The position numbers and the translations under genes were made by a program. 35,911 nucleotides of DNA, taken from the NCBI GenBank assembly GCA_035286545.1, contig DATEDE010000072.1:1-35911 (forward strand), in the 5' to 3' direction. Shown here one piece after another: positions 8,559 to 16,319 of the stretch. Every line of letters starts with the position of its first letter. The stretch's first letter is position 1. Under the pieces are notes generated by a model. The model worked only from the letters and a program-made list of their open reading frames with translations. It did not search any database and was not told the DNA's origin. This DNA comes from Actinomycetota bacterium (lineage in GTDB: Bacteria; Actinomycetota; UBA4738; HRBIN12).

Positions 8559-9313
8559 TGAACCGGCCCCTGCACGTGAAGATGCTCCGGTGGGCCCTGT
8601 CGATCGGGGTCTTCTTCCTGTTGTGGGAGATCGTCGGTCGCAGCGGGAAGTTCATCTCGATCGTGCCCCCGACGGTCGTCATCCCCGAGCTCATCGAGAT
8701 CTTGAAGGAGGGCGACATCCTCGTCGCCGCTCGCTCGACGCTGGCGCTCGCGGCGACCGGGTTCGTGATCGGAGCGGTCATCGGGATCTCGACGGGCGCA
8801 TGGATGGCCGCATCGCCGCGTGTGGCCGCCGTCCTCGACCCGATCGTGAGCGCCTCGTTCTCGGTCCCGTTCGCGATCTTCATCCCGGTCATCTCGATCT
8901 ACCTGGGCCTGGAGTTCACGGCGAAGGTCGTGCTCGTCGTCCTGTTCAACGTCTTCATCATCAACATCAACACGGCGACGGGGATCCGCGAGGTGCCGGC
9001 CGGCCCGAAGGAGATGGCGCGGTCCGTCGAGACGAGCAGGGTCGACATGTACCGCAAGGTGATCCTGCCGTGGGCGAGCCCGCACATCATCACCGGCCTG
9101 CGGCTCGGGGTGGGCCGGTCGGTCCAGGGCGCCATCCTCGCGGACCTGTTCCTGCGGGCCCAGGCGCTCGGGCTGTTCATCGTGGATGCGCAAGGTCGGT
9201 TCGACATCCCGCGGCTGCTCGCCGCGGTCTTCTTCGTGACCATCCTCGCGGCGGGCGTGATGGGGATCGCCCGTCTCGTCGAGTGGAAGATACTCGCGTG
9301 GAAGCGGGCATAG
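8558..9313 (+). CDS. ABC transporter permease (NitT/TauT family), second subunit
   Basis: ATG 8558 shares one nt with the upstream TGA (TGATG). 251 aa. ...ATGIREVPAGPKEMARSVETSRVDMYRKVILPWASP... is an EAA-type loop. The track ORF from 7811 is an out-of-frame run-in. Confidence 0.85.
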   Translation: MNRPLHVKMLRWALSIGVFFLLWEIVGRSGKFISIVPPTVVIPELIEILKEGDILVAARSTLALAATGFVIGAVIGISTGAWMAASPRVAAVLDPIVSASFSVPFAIFIPVISIYLGLEFTAKVVLVVLFNVFIININTATGIREVPAGPKEMARSVETSRVDMYRKVILPWASPHIITGLRLGVGRSVQGAILADLFLRAQALGLFIVDAQGRFDIPRLLAAVFFVTILAAGVMGIARLVEWKILAWKRA

Positions 9314-9466
9314 GCGTGCGGAGGCGGCGCAAGGGAGAGGAGGGCCGGGGAGGTGGTCGATGCCTGCAGTCGCTCCCGCCGTAGGGCGACGGGGGCTGGC
9401 CGGGGTCTAACGGGTCCCGGCGGTACGCGCATCATCGAGCGCACGTTGGACCGAAGGGAGGGCACG

Positions 9467-10573
9467 TTGAAACGACGGCACGTAAGGATGTTGGCGCTGG
9501 TCGCGGTCCTGGCGCTGGTTGGGGCTGCGTGCAGCGGCGATGAGGACGGAGGCGGGGGCGGCGACGGCGAGGCGGACGTCGTCCGGCACGCGGCGGGGTC
9601 GACCGCCGACGCGTACATCCCGCAGTACCGCGCGCCAGAGATCTTCGGAGACCTGTTCGGCATCAGCACGGACGAACACCTCCAGATGTTCGAGGAGGGC
9701 TCGCTCGCCGCGCAGGTCGTGGCGACGGGTGACGCCGACGTCGGCTCCGGTGGTTTCACGAACATGGTGCAGCTCCTCGAGACCGGCCAGGACGTGAAGG
9801 TCTTCTGTCCCACCCAGAAGGACAGCACGGAGCACCTCATTGGGCGGACCGACGTGATCACGTCGCTCGAGCAGATCACCGACCCGGACGTCCGCGTCGC
9901 GGTCGAGAGCGCCGGTGGGTTCCTCAACCTGTTGATGAACCTGGTCTTCCTGAACCGGGACATCGGCATCACGACCGATGACCTCACGAACACCGTGATC
10001 CTCGAGGACGGGAGCCTACGACTGGCGGCGATGGCCGCGGGCGACGTGGACGTCGCGTCGCTCGACCTGTTCGAGCAGGCCGACCTGAAGGCGGAGCTCG
10101 GCGAGGACGCCGTGACGGTCCTCTCCGTCGTCGCGGAGGACGCGGAGTTCCTGTCGAACGTCCTGTGGGCGAAGACCGACTGGCTGGCGGAGAACGCGGA
10201 CGTCGCGGCGCGCTACTGCGCGACGGTGCTGTACTCGAACCGCCAGATGGCGTCCGACTACGAGCAGTACAAGGCCGCGCTGGAGGAGTTCTCGGCGACG
10301 GGGATCGAGGACGAGGCCGTCGTCCAGGCCAACTGGGACTTCGCGAAGCAGTACGAGGTCTGGCCGTACAACACGACGGTCCTCACGCCGGAGGTCATCG
10401 CGGATCAGCTCCAGGTGTCGGTGGACACCGGCATCATCGAGCCCGAGACCGGTGAGCTCGGCTTCGAGGACCTCGTCGACACCGAGGTCTTGGCGATGGC
10501 GCAGGAGTACCTCGGTGGTGAGGTGACTGCCGCGGACGTCGATTCGGGCAACATCCCCGAGCCGAACGCCTGA
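9467..10573 (+). CDS. ABC transporter substrate-binding lipoprotein (NMT1/SsuA-like)
   Basis: TTG 9467 lies 5 nt after GGGAGG and gives MKRRHVRMLALVAVLALVGAAC, i.e. a basic n-region, a hydrophobic core and a lipobox-like Cys. This is followed by an acidic Gly/Asp linker (SGDEDGGGGGDGEAD). ATG 9488 is an alternative start. Confidence 0.7.
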   Translation: MKRRHVRMLALVAVLALVGAACSGDEDGGGGGDGEADVVRHAAGSTADAYIPQYRAPEIFGDLFGISTDEHLQMFEEGSLAAQVVATGDADVGSGGFTNMVQLLETGQDVKVFCPTQKDSTEHLIGRTDVITSLEQITDPDVRVAVESAGGFLNLLMNLVFLNRDIGITTDDLTNTVILEDGSLRLAAMAAGDVDVASLDLFEQADLKAELGEDAVTVLSVVAEDAEFLSNVLWAKTDWLAENADVAARYCATVLYSNRQMASDYEQYKAALEEFSATGIEDEAVVQANWDFAKQYEVWPYNTTVLTPEVIADQLQVSVDTGIIEPETGELGFEDLVDTEVLAMAQEYLGGEVTAADVDSGNIPEPNA

Positions 10574-10590
10574 GCCGGGGTCGAGCGAGT

Positions 10591-10629
10591 CGCTTCCGAG
10601 GCCCGGGAAACCTCCGGGCCTCGGAAGCG
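10591..10629 (+). terminator. Perfect 16-bp stem hairpin directly after the SBP stop (candidate intrinsic terminator)
   Basis: CGCTTCCGAGGCCCGG-gaaacct-CCGGGCCTCGGAAGCG begins 18 nt after TGA 10571-10573. No clear U-tract follows. Confidence 0.5.
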
Positions 10630-10631
10630 CT

Positions 10632-10645
10632 CCCGCACGTGCGGG
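10632..10645. promoter_or_regulatory. 14-bp perfect palindrome CCCGCACGTGCGGG, 6 nt upstream of the next start codon
   Basis: The sequence is self-complementary and centred on CACGTG. It sits where a ribosome-binding site for ATG 10652 would be expected. Confidence 0.3.
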
Positions 10646-10651
10646 CGACAC

Positions 10652-11386
10652 ATGAGCAGGTACGTCCTGGTCCACGGGTCCTGGCACGGAAGCTGGGTGT
10701 GGGATCGCGTGGCGCCGATGCTCGCCGACGCGGGCCACGACGTCGCCACACCTGACCTGCCCGGCCGCGGCGGCGACCCGCGCGACCCGGCGTCCGTGAC
10801 GCTCGCCGATCACGTCGACGCGGTCGTCGAGGTGCTCGAAACGTCGGGCCGTCCCGCGATCCTCGTGGGCCACAGCTTCGGAGGGTTCGTGATCAGTCAC
10901 GTGGCCGAGCGCGTGCCCGAGCGCGTCGAGCTGCTCGTGTACGTGGCGGCGTTCCTGCTCCGGCACGGCGAGACGGTGCTGGGGGTCGCGACCTCCGTGC
11001 CGCCGTCCGTCCCGCATCTCGACGTAGGGGAGGAGGAAGGCCTGATCGTGGTCCGGCCCGAGGCGGCGCCGCTCGTGTTCTATGACGACTGCTCCCCGGA
11101 GGACGCGCGCTGGGCGACCGCGCTCCTGGTGCCCGAGGCGCTCGGCCCCCGTCGGACCCCTGCGGCGCTGACCGAGGAACGGTTCGGAAGCGTCCCGCGC
11201 GTGTACGTGGAGACGACGAACGATCGCGCGCTCACCGTCTCGCTCCAACGCCGGATGCACTCGGCTCTCCCGTGCCGCGAGGTCGTCGCGATCGCCTCGG
11301 GCCATTCGCCGTTCCTGTCCATGCCGGAGACCCTCGCCGAGCGGCTCCTGGCATGGGCGACGACGCGACCGGAGACGGCCGACTGA
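10652..11386 (+). CDS. Alpha/beta hydrolase (esterase/methylesterase-like)
   Basis: 244 aa. N-terminal VLVHGSWHGSWVWDRV, nucleophile elbow GHSFGG, C-terminal SGHSPFLSMPE (catalytic His region). Confidence 0.8.
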   Translation: MSRYVLVHGSWHGSWVWDRVAPMLADAGHDVATPDLPGRGGDPRDPASVTLADHVDAVVEVLETSGRPAILVGHSFGGFVISHVAERVPERVELLVYVAAFLLRHGETVLGVATSVPPSVPHLDVGEEEGLIVVRPEAAPLVFYDDCSPEDARWATALLVPEALGPRRTPAALTEERFGSVPRVYVETTNDRALTVSLQRRMHSALPCREVVAIASGHSPFLSMPETLAERLLAWATTRPETAD

Positions 11387-11403
11387 AGGAGGACGAACGC
11401 ACC

Positions 11404-12075
11404 ATGAGCGGACCATCGACGGGACCTGCCGACGACGACGTGCTTGACCCGGTGCGTTGCCTGCTCGCCGTCATCGACGTCCAGAACGACTTCTGTCACG
11501 AAGATGGCGCGTACGCGCGGATGGGACATCCGGTGGGCATGGCGGCCGCGGCTGTTGAGGGGATCCGCGCCACCCTGGACCTCGCCAGCCGCGTCGACGT
11601 GCCACGGGTCGTCGTGCGGGTCGCGCACTCGCCTTGGACCGACGATCCCGCGTGGGCCGCGCGGGGCGCCGCGGGCTCCGTCCTCGACGTCGTGCGGGTC
11701 CCGGTCGCACGCGAGGGGACGTGGGGCGCCGAGTTCTTCGGGATCGAGCCCGACCCCGACGCGATGGTGCTCACGAAGCACCGGTACTCGGCGTTCGTCC
11801 ACACCCCGCTCGAGCTGTACCTGCGCGCGCGCGGCGCGACCACGATCGTCCTCGCGGGCGTGGCGACGAACGTATGCGTCCACGCGACCGCCCGGGACGC
11901 GCTGCACGCGGGCTTCCTGCCGGTCGTGCTCGAGGACGCGACCGCGGCGCATAGCGCGGAGGCGCATGAACGCGCGCTCGAGGACGTCCGGAGCTTCATC
12001 GGTCGCGTCGCGACCGTCGCCGACCTCGAGCGCGCGTGGGGCGGGTCGCGTATGCCCGCCGCCGCAGGCGCCTAG
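11404..12075 (+). CDS. Isochorismatase-family cysteine hydrolase (RutB / N-carbamoyl or ureido-amide amidohydrolase-like), copy 1
   Basis: ATG 11404 follows GAAGGAGGA. Asp/Lys/Cys triad context: AVIDVQNDFC, TKHRYSAF, ATNVCVHATARDA. Also EGTWGAEFF. Confidence 0.85.
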   Translation: MSGPSTGPADDDVLDPVRCLLAVIDVQNDFCHEDGAYARMGHPVGMAAAAVEGIRATLDLASRVDVPRVVVRVAHSPWTDDPAWAARGAAGSVLDVVRVPVAREGTWGAEFFGIEPDPDAMVLTKHRYSAFVHTPLELYLRARGATTIVLAGVATNVCVHATARDALHAGFLPVVLEDATAAHSAEAHERALEDVRSFIGRVATVADLERAWGGSRMPAAAGA

Positions 12076-12107
12076 CGTGGTCCGGCCCGCGGCACGCGGG
12101 AGCGTCC

Positions 12108-13007
12108 GTGTCGGCTGAGGGGTGGGCGCTGTTCTCCGCATGCTGCTTCGCCGGCTCGCACGTCGTCTCGAAACGCGGGCTCCAGGACACGAGCGTCACG
12201 GCCGCCTCGCTCATCGTCCTCAGCGTCTCGTGGGCGGTGATCGCGGTCGCCGTCCTGCTCGATCCGCCCGCCGAGGTGGCGCCCCGGGCGATCGTCGTCT
12301 ACGGCGCGCTCGGGCTGATGGTGCCGGCGATCTCCAGGTGGGCGGTCCTGAAGTCGGTCGACGTTCTCGGGCCGTCGATCGCGATCCCGATCCAGCAGGG
12401 CCTGCGACCGCTGCTCGCGGTGACCGGCGCGGCCCTCCTGCTCGACGAGGACGTCGGGCTCGTCCGCGGGATCGGCGTGCTGCTGATCATCGCCGGCGGT
12501 TGGCAGCTGTCGAAGCGTCCGCCGGAGGACCGGGTCGGGTTGGACGTCGCTGCAGGGTCGCGCGAGCGTCGGTGGGCGCTCCGCCCGGGGATCGTGTTCC
12601 CCGTGATCGCTGCCGTGGCGTACGCCGCGTCGGACCTTCTGGTCCGCTCTACGCTCGGGGACGATCTGGCCGAGCCGAGCTTCGCCGCGATGGTGAGCAC
12701 CGGGTCGGGGCTGCTCGCGTGGCTGCTCGTCGTGGTCGCGATCCGGCCGATGCGCGCCTCGATCCGGTTCGGTCGCGCCGCGTGGTGGCTCGTCGGGTCG
12801 GGCGCGCTGATCGGGTTCGCGATCCTCGGCGTCTACCAGGCGCTCAGCCGCGGCGAGGTCTCGCTCGTCACGCCGATCAACGCGACGCAGCCGCTGATAG
12901 TGCTGCTGTTCTCGACGCTGCTGCTCCGGGACCTGGAGCGGATCCGACCGATCACGGTCGTCTCGGCCACGGAGATCGTCGCCGGGGCCGTCCTGGTGTC
13001 GCTGTGA
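12108..13007 (+). CDS. EamA/DMT-family membrane transporter
   Basis: About 299 aa of repeated hydrophobic helices (WALFSACCFAGSHVVSKRGL..., ...YQALSRGEVSLVTPINATQPLIVLLFS...). GTG 12108 is chosen because it lies after the upstream stop. The track start 12036 would overlap the preceding gene by 40 nt. Confidence 0.6.
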   Translation: MSAEGWALFSACCFAGSHVVSKRGLQDTSVTAASLIVLSVSWAVIAVAVLLDPPAEVAPRAIVVYGALGLMVPAISRWAVLKSVDVLGPSIAIPIQQGLRPLLAVTGAALLLDEDVGLVRGIGVLLIIAGGWQLSKRPPEDRVGLDVAAGSRERRWALRPGIVFPVIAAVAYAASDLLVRSTLGDDLAEPSFAAMVSTGSGLLAWLLVVVAIRPMRASIRFGRAAWWLVGSGALIGFAILGVYQALSRGEVSLVTPINATQPLIVLLFSTLLLRDLERIRPITVVSATEIVAGAVLVSL

Positions 13008-13017
13008 GGAGGTCGTG

Positions 13018-13734
13018 ATGTCGAGCGGTTGGCGCGACGTGATCCCACCCGAGGACCGGGCGATCTACGACGCGGCCGGGTACGGCCGGCGGGGGCGGCG
13101 AGGTACTTCGCCGGCGCTCCTCGTGATCGACGTAACGTACGGGTTCATCGGACGCGAACGGCTCCCGATCCTCGAGTCGATCGCCCGGTACCCGAACTCG
13201 TGCGGCGAGCGCGGGTGGGACGCGATGCAGCGCATCGAGCGACTCGTGGACCTCGCGCGTGAGGCGTCGGTGCCGATCTACTACACGGCCGGCGTCACGG
13301 ACCACGCGGTCGCGCACGCCGGGCGCTGGCGGGAGAAGCACCCGCGGACGCTCGAGCAGCCGAAGGACGCGCATGTGATCCCCGAACCGATCGCGCCGCG
13401 GGACGGGGACATCGTGATCCGCAAGACGAAACCGAGCGTCTTCTACGGCACGCCGCTCCTGTCGTCGCTCGTCGACCACGGGGTCGACACGGTGATCGCG
13501 ACGGGATGCACCACCTCCGGGTGCGTGCGCGCGACCGTCGTCGACGCCTTCTCGAACGGATTCGCCACGATCGTCGTCGAGGACGCCGTGTTCGACCGGG
13601 GCGAGCTCAGCCACGCCGTGAACCTGTTCGATATGGACCAGAAATATGCGGACGTGATCGACACCGACCAGGCGCTCGCCTACCTGGAGTCGCTGGGCGA
13701 TCGTCTCGACCGGCCGGGAGCGCCGACCCGATGA
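13018..13734 (+). CDS. Isochorismatase-family cysteine hydrolase (N-carbamoylsarcosine amidase / maleamate amidohydrolase NicF-like), copy 2
   Basis: ATG 13018 lies 5 nt after GAGGAGG (GTG 13015 is too close to it). Triad context: LLVIDVTYGF, IRKTKPSVFYGT, ATGCTTSGCVRATVVDA. C-terminal NLFDMDQKYADV. Confidence 0.8.
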   Translation: MSSGWRDVIPPEDRAIYDAAGYGRRGRRGTSPALLVIDVTYGFIGRERLPILESIARYPNSCGERGWDAMQRIERLVDLAREASVPIYYTAGVTDHAVAHAGRWREKHPRTLEQPKDAHVIPEPIAPRDGDIVIRKTKPSVFYGTPLLSSLVDHGVDTVIATGCTTSGCVRATVVDAFSNGFATIVVEDAVFDRGELSHAVNLFDMDQKYADVIDTDQALAYLESLGDRLDRPGAPTR

Positions 13735-14690
13735 TCCTCCTGAAGGCGGACGAGGTTCGCGGTCTCCTCGACCCCGGCGCCGTGCTCGCGACCGTCGAGG
13801 AGGCGCTGCGCATGGAGCACGCCGGCACGGTGCGATGGTCCTCACCGGCGAGCCTGCGGGTGGCCGGCGGCGACGGGCAGGGACGGGTCCGCGTGAAGGC
13901 GTGCTCGCTCGACGGACCGAGCGTGACCGGCATACGCGTCCTGCACTTCCCGGCGGCGGGCGCGGAGACCAGGTGGGTCCTCCTGTTCGACGGCGTCTCG
14001 GGCGAGCCGCTCGCGATCGTCGATGAGGCCGCGACGTATGGTGATCGATCGTTCGCCTCGGTCGCGCTGCTCGCGCATCGGGTCCGCGTGGATCCGGTCG
14101 ACACCGTCGCGATCCTCGGCGCCGGGCGCATCGCACGCGCCGCGCTCCCGTACGTGGCCCACCGGTTCCCGGGCGCCGCGGTCGAGATCGCCGCGCGTCG
14201 CCCTCCGGCCGCCGCCACGCTTGCCGACCTCGCGCGCGCCCGCCACGGCCTGCGCGCGACGCCGACGTCGTTCGAGACGGCCGTCCGGACGGCGCAGGTC
14301 GTCTTCGGGTGCACGAGCGCGATCGAGCCGATCGTCCGCGAGCAATGGGTCGCCCCCGGGACGGTGGTCGCGTCCCTCGAGCCCCGCGAGCTCGAGCCTG
14401 CGCTGTTCGCCGGCGCGGACCTGCGGGTCGTGGACCGTCGCGAGCAGCTGGGCGAGGAGCTCGACGATGCGTTCGGCCCCGGAGCCTCCGAACGGGTGGA
14501 CGCGACGATGGCCGAGATCGTCGGCGGCGCCCATCCGGGGCGGACGGCGGCGGGCCAGCGGATCGTGATCGTCAGCCAGGGCCTCGTCAGCCAGGACGTC
14601 CTGCTCGCCGAGCGCGTGTTCCGCGAGGCCGTGGCGCGCGGGATCGGCAAGGCGATCGCGCTGCCACCCGTCCCGGGTCCCGCGCGGTGA
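13731..14690 (+). CDS. Ornithine cyclodeaminase / mu-crystallin family protein (possible ketimine/imino-acid reductase)
   Basis: ATG 13731 overlaps the upstream stop (ATGA). 319 aa. Rossmann VAILGAGRIARAAL. The N-terminal LKADEVRGLLDPGAVLATVEEAL pattern is typical of the family. Confidence 0.7.
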   Translation: MILLKADEVRGLLDPGAVLATVEEALRMEHAGTVRWSSPASLRVAGGDGQGRVRVKACSLDGPSVTGIRVLHFPAAGAETRWVLLFDGVSGEPLAIVDEAATYGDRSFASVALLAHRVRVDPVDTVAILGAGRIARAALPYVAHRFPGAAVEIAARRPPAAATLADLARARHGLRATPTSFETAVRTAQVVFGCTSAIEPIVREQWVAPGTVVASLEPRELEPALFAGADLRVVDRREQLGEELDDAFGPGASERVDATMAEIVGGAHPGRTAAGQRIVIVSQGLVSQDVLLAERVFREAVARGIGKAIALPPVPGPAR

Positions 14691-14716
14691 TCCCTACCCG
14701 GTGTTCGGTTGTATCG

Positions 14717-14726
14717 AAGGTCCGAT
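14717..14726 (+). promoter_or_regulatory. AAGGTCCGAT, a weaker relative of the AAGGTAGGAT element, upstream of the aminotransferase gene
   Basis: It matches 8 of 10 positions of the element at 20257-20266 and 24291-24300. It sits in the AT-richer 88-nt gap 14691..14778. Confidence 0.2.
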
Positions 14727-14778
14727 GTATGTCATAAGACGAGCGAGCCCGTCGGGTGTTCCGACGGCGGAGGAGCCG

Positions 14779-15957
14779 ATGGCGATGCGCCTGTCGACGC
14801 GGATGGAGCGGCTCGGGACCGAGTCGGCCTTCGAGGTGCTCGCCCGCGCTCGGGCGCTCGAGGCGCAGGGGCGCACCATCACGCATCTCGAGATCGGCGA
14901 GCCGGACTTCGCGACGCCGGCGCACGTAGTCGAGGCGGCGGTCCGGGCGCTCGAGGCGGGCCACACCCATTACGTCCCCGCACCCGGGATCCCGGAGCTC
15001 CGCGAAGCGGTCGCGGAGTTCCTCGAGCGCACCGGCCGCATGGCCACTTCGCCCGACCGGGTCGTAGTGACGCCCGGCGCCAAGCCGGTGCTTTGGTACG
15101 TGCTCCACGCGGTGTGCGAGGAGGGCGACGAGGTCCTCGTTCCCGACCCGTCGTTCCCGATCTACGCGTCGCTCGCTTCGTTCGTCGGCGCGACGCCGGT
15201 CCCGGTCCCGCTCCGCGAGGAGCATCGGTTCCGCCTCGACCCCGCGGAGCTCGCCTCGCTCGTCTCCGATCGGACGAAGCTCCTGATCGTGTCCTCGCCC
15301 GAGAACCCGTGTGGCAGCGCGCTCACGCGGGAGGATGTCGAGGCCATCGCGAGCATCGCGATGGAGCACGACCTCCTCGTGCTCTCCGACGAGATCTACT
15401 GGGCGATCCGCTACGACGGACGCGAGCACGCCAGCGTCCTCGACGTCGACGGGATGCTCGACCGGACCGTGCTCCTCGACGGCTGGTCGAAGACGTTCGC
15501 GATGACGGGGTGGCGGCTCGGGTTCGGCGTGTTCCCGGCGTGGTTGGTCGAGCCGGTCACGCGGCTCGTGATCAACTCGGTCTCCTGCACGCCGGCCTTC
15601 GGTCAGCACGCCGCGATCGCGGCGCTCCGCGGACCGTGGGACCCGGTCGAGGCGATGGTGGCCGAGTTCGCCCGTCGCCGCGACGTCATCGTCGACGGGC
15701 TGAACGCGATCGACGGGATCTCCTGCGTCCGACCCGGCGGCGCGTTCTACGTCTTCCCGAACATCCGCGCCCTCGGCGCGTCGTCGCACGAGGTAGAGCG
15801 GCACCTCCTCGACGACGCGGGCGTCGCCGTGCTCTCGGGGACCGGGTTCGGGGCCTACGGGGAGGGCTACCTGCGCCTGTCCTACGCAGCGTCGGTCGAA
15901 CGGATCCGCGGCGCCATCGAGGCGATCGGTGCATCCGTCGGGGCGCTCGTGCGATGA
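14779..15957 (+). CDS. Class I/II PLP-dependent aminotransferase (aspartate aminotransferase-like)
   Basis: ATG 14779 lies 4 nt after GGAGGAG. 392 aa. ...ITHLEIGEPDFATP..., SSPENPCG, and SKTFAMTGWRLGF (PLP lysine context). Confidence 0.85.
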   Translation: MAMRLSTRMERLGTESAFEVLARARALEAQGRTITHLEIGEPDFATPAHVVEAAVRALEAGHTHYVPAPGIPELREAVAEFLERTGRMATSPDRVVVTPGAKPVLWYVLHAVCEEGDEVLVPDPSFPIYASLASFVGATPVPVPLREEHRFRLDPAELASLVSDRTKLLIVSSPENPCGSALTREDVEAIASIAMEHDLLVLSDEIYWAIRYDGREHASVLDVDGMLDRTVLLDGWSKTFAMTGWRLGFGVFPAWLVEPVTRLVINSVSCTPAFGQHAAIAALRGPWDPVEAMVAEFARRRDVIVDGLNAIDGISCVRPGGAFYVFPNIRALGASSHEVERHLLDDAGVAVLSGTGFGAYGEGYLRLSYAASVERIRGAIEAIGASVGALVR

Positions 15958-15996
15958 CGGGACGCCCGTGCACCCACGATCGGAGGAGGAGCTCAC

Positions 15997-16311
15997 GTGG
16001 CTGAGACCCGGCAACACCTGGCGCTGACCTACGAGGGGGCGGCGACGGTGCTCGCCGCCGCCGTGCGGAGGACCGAGGAGATCGGCGCGCGGCAGTGCAT
16101 CGCCGTCACCGACGACGGTGGCTACCTGCTCGCGTTCGGGCGGACCGACGGCGGGAAGGCGACGAACCTGCGGGGCGGGCTGCCGATCGTCGTGGACGGC
16201 CATCTGATCGGCGCGATCGGCGTGGGTTCGGGCACGGGGGAGCAGGACGTCGAGGTTGCGGCGGCCGGCGTCGCGGCGCTCGCGGGTGCGAAGGACTGGA
16301 CGAACGAGTAG
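15997..16311 (+). CDS. GlcG/HbpS-like (DUF336) protein, shortened
   Basis: GTG 15997 follows GGAGGAGGAG. 104 aa. IAVTDDGGYLLAFGRTDG and GGLPIVVDGHLIGAIGVGSGTGEQD match the two ends of GlcG-type proteins, but the central ~35 aa appear absent. Confidence 0.6.
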   Translation: MAETRQHLALTYEGAATVLAAAVRRTEEIGARQCIAVTDDGGYLLAFGRTDGGKATNLRGGLPIVVDGHLIGAIGVGSGTGEQDVEVAAAGVAALAGAKDWTNE

Positions 16312-16319
16312 GGGGAGCG

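Noticed and set aside
9314-9466. The 153-nt gap before the SBP gene as a riboswitch or small ORF
   Set aside because: It contains only short GC stems (GTCGC...GCGAC, GCCGGG...CCCGGC) with no recognisable riboswitch core. The in-frame upstream part of track ORF 9353..10573 is Arg/Gly-rich and precedes a good SD-TTG start.
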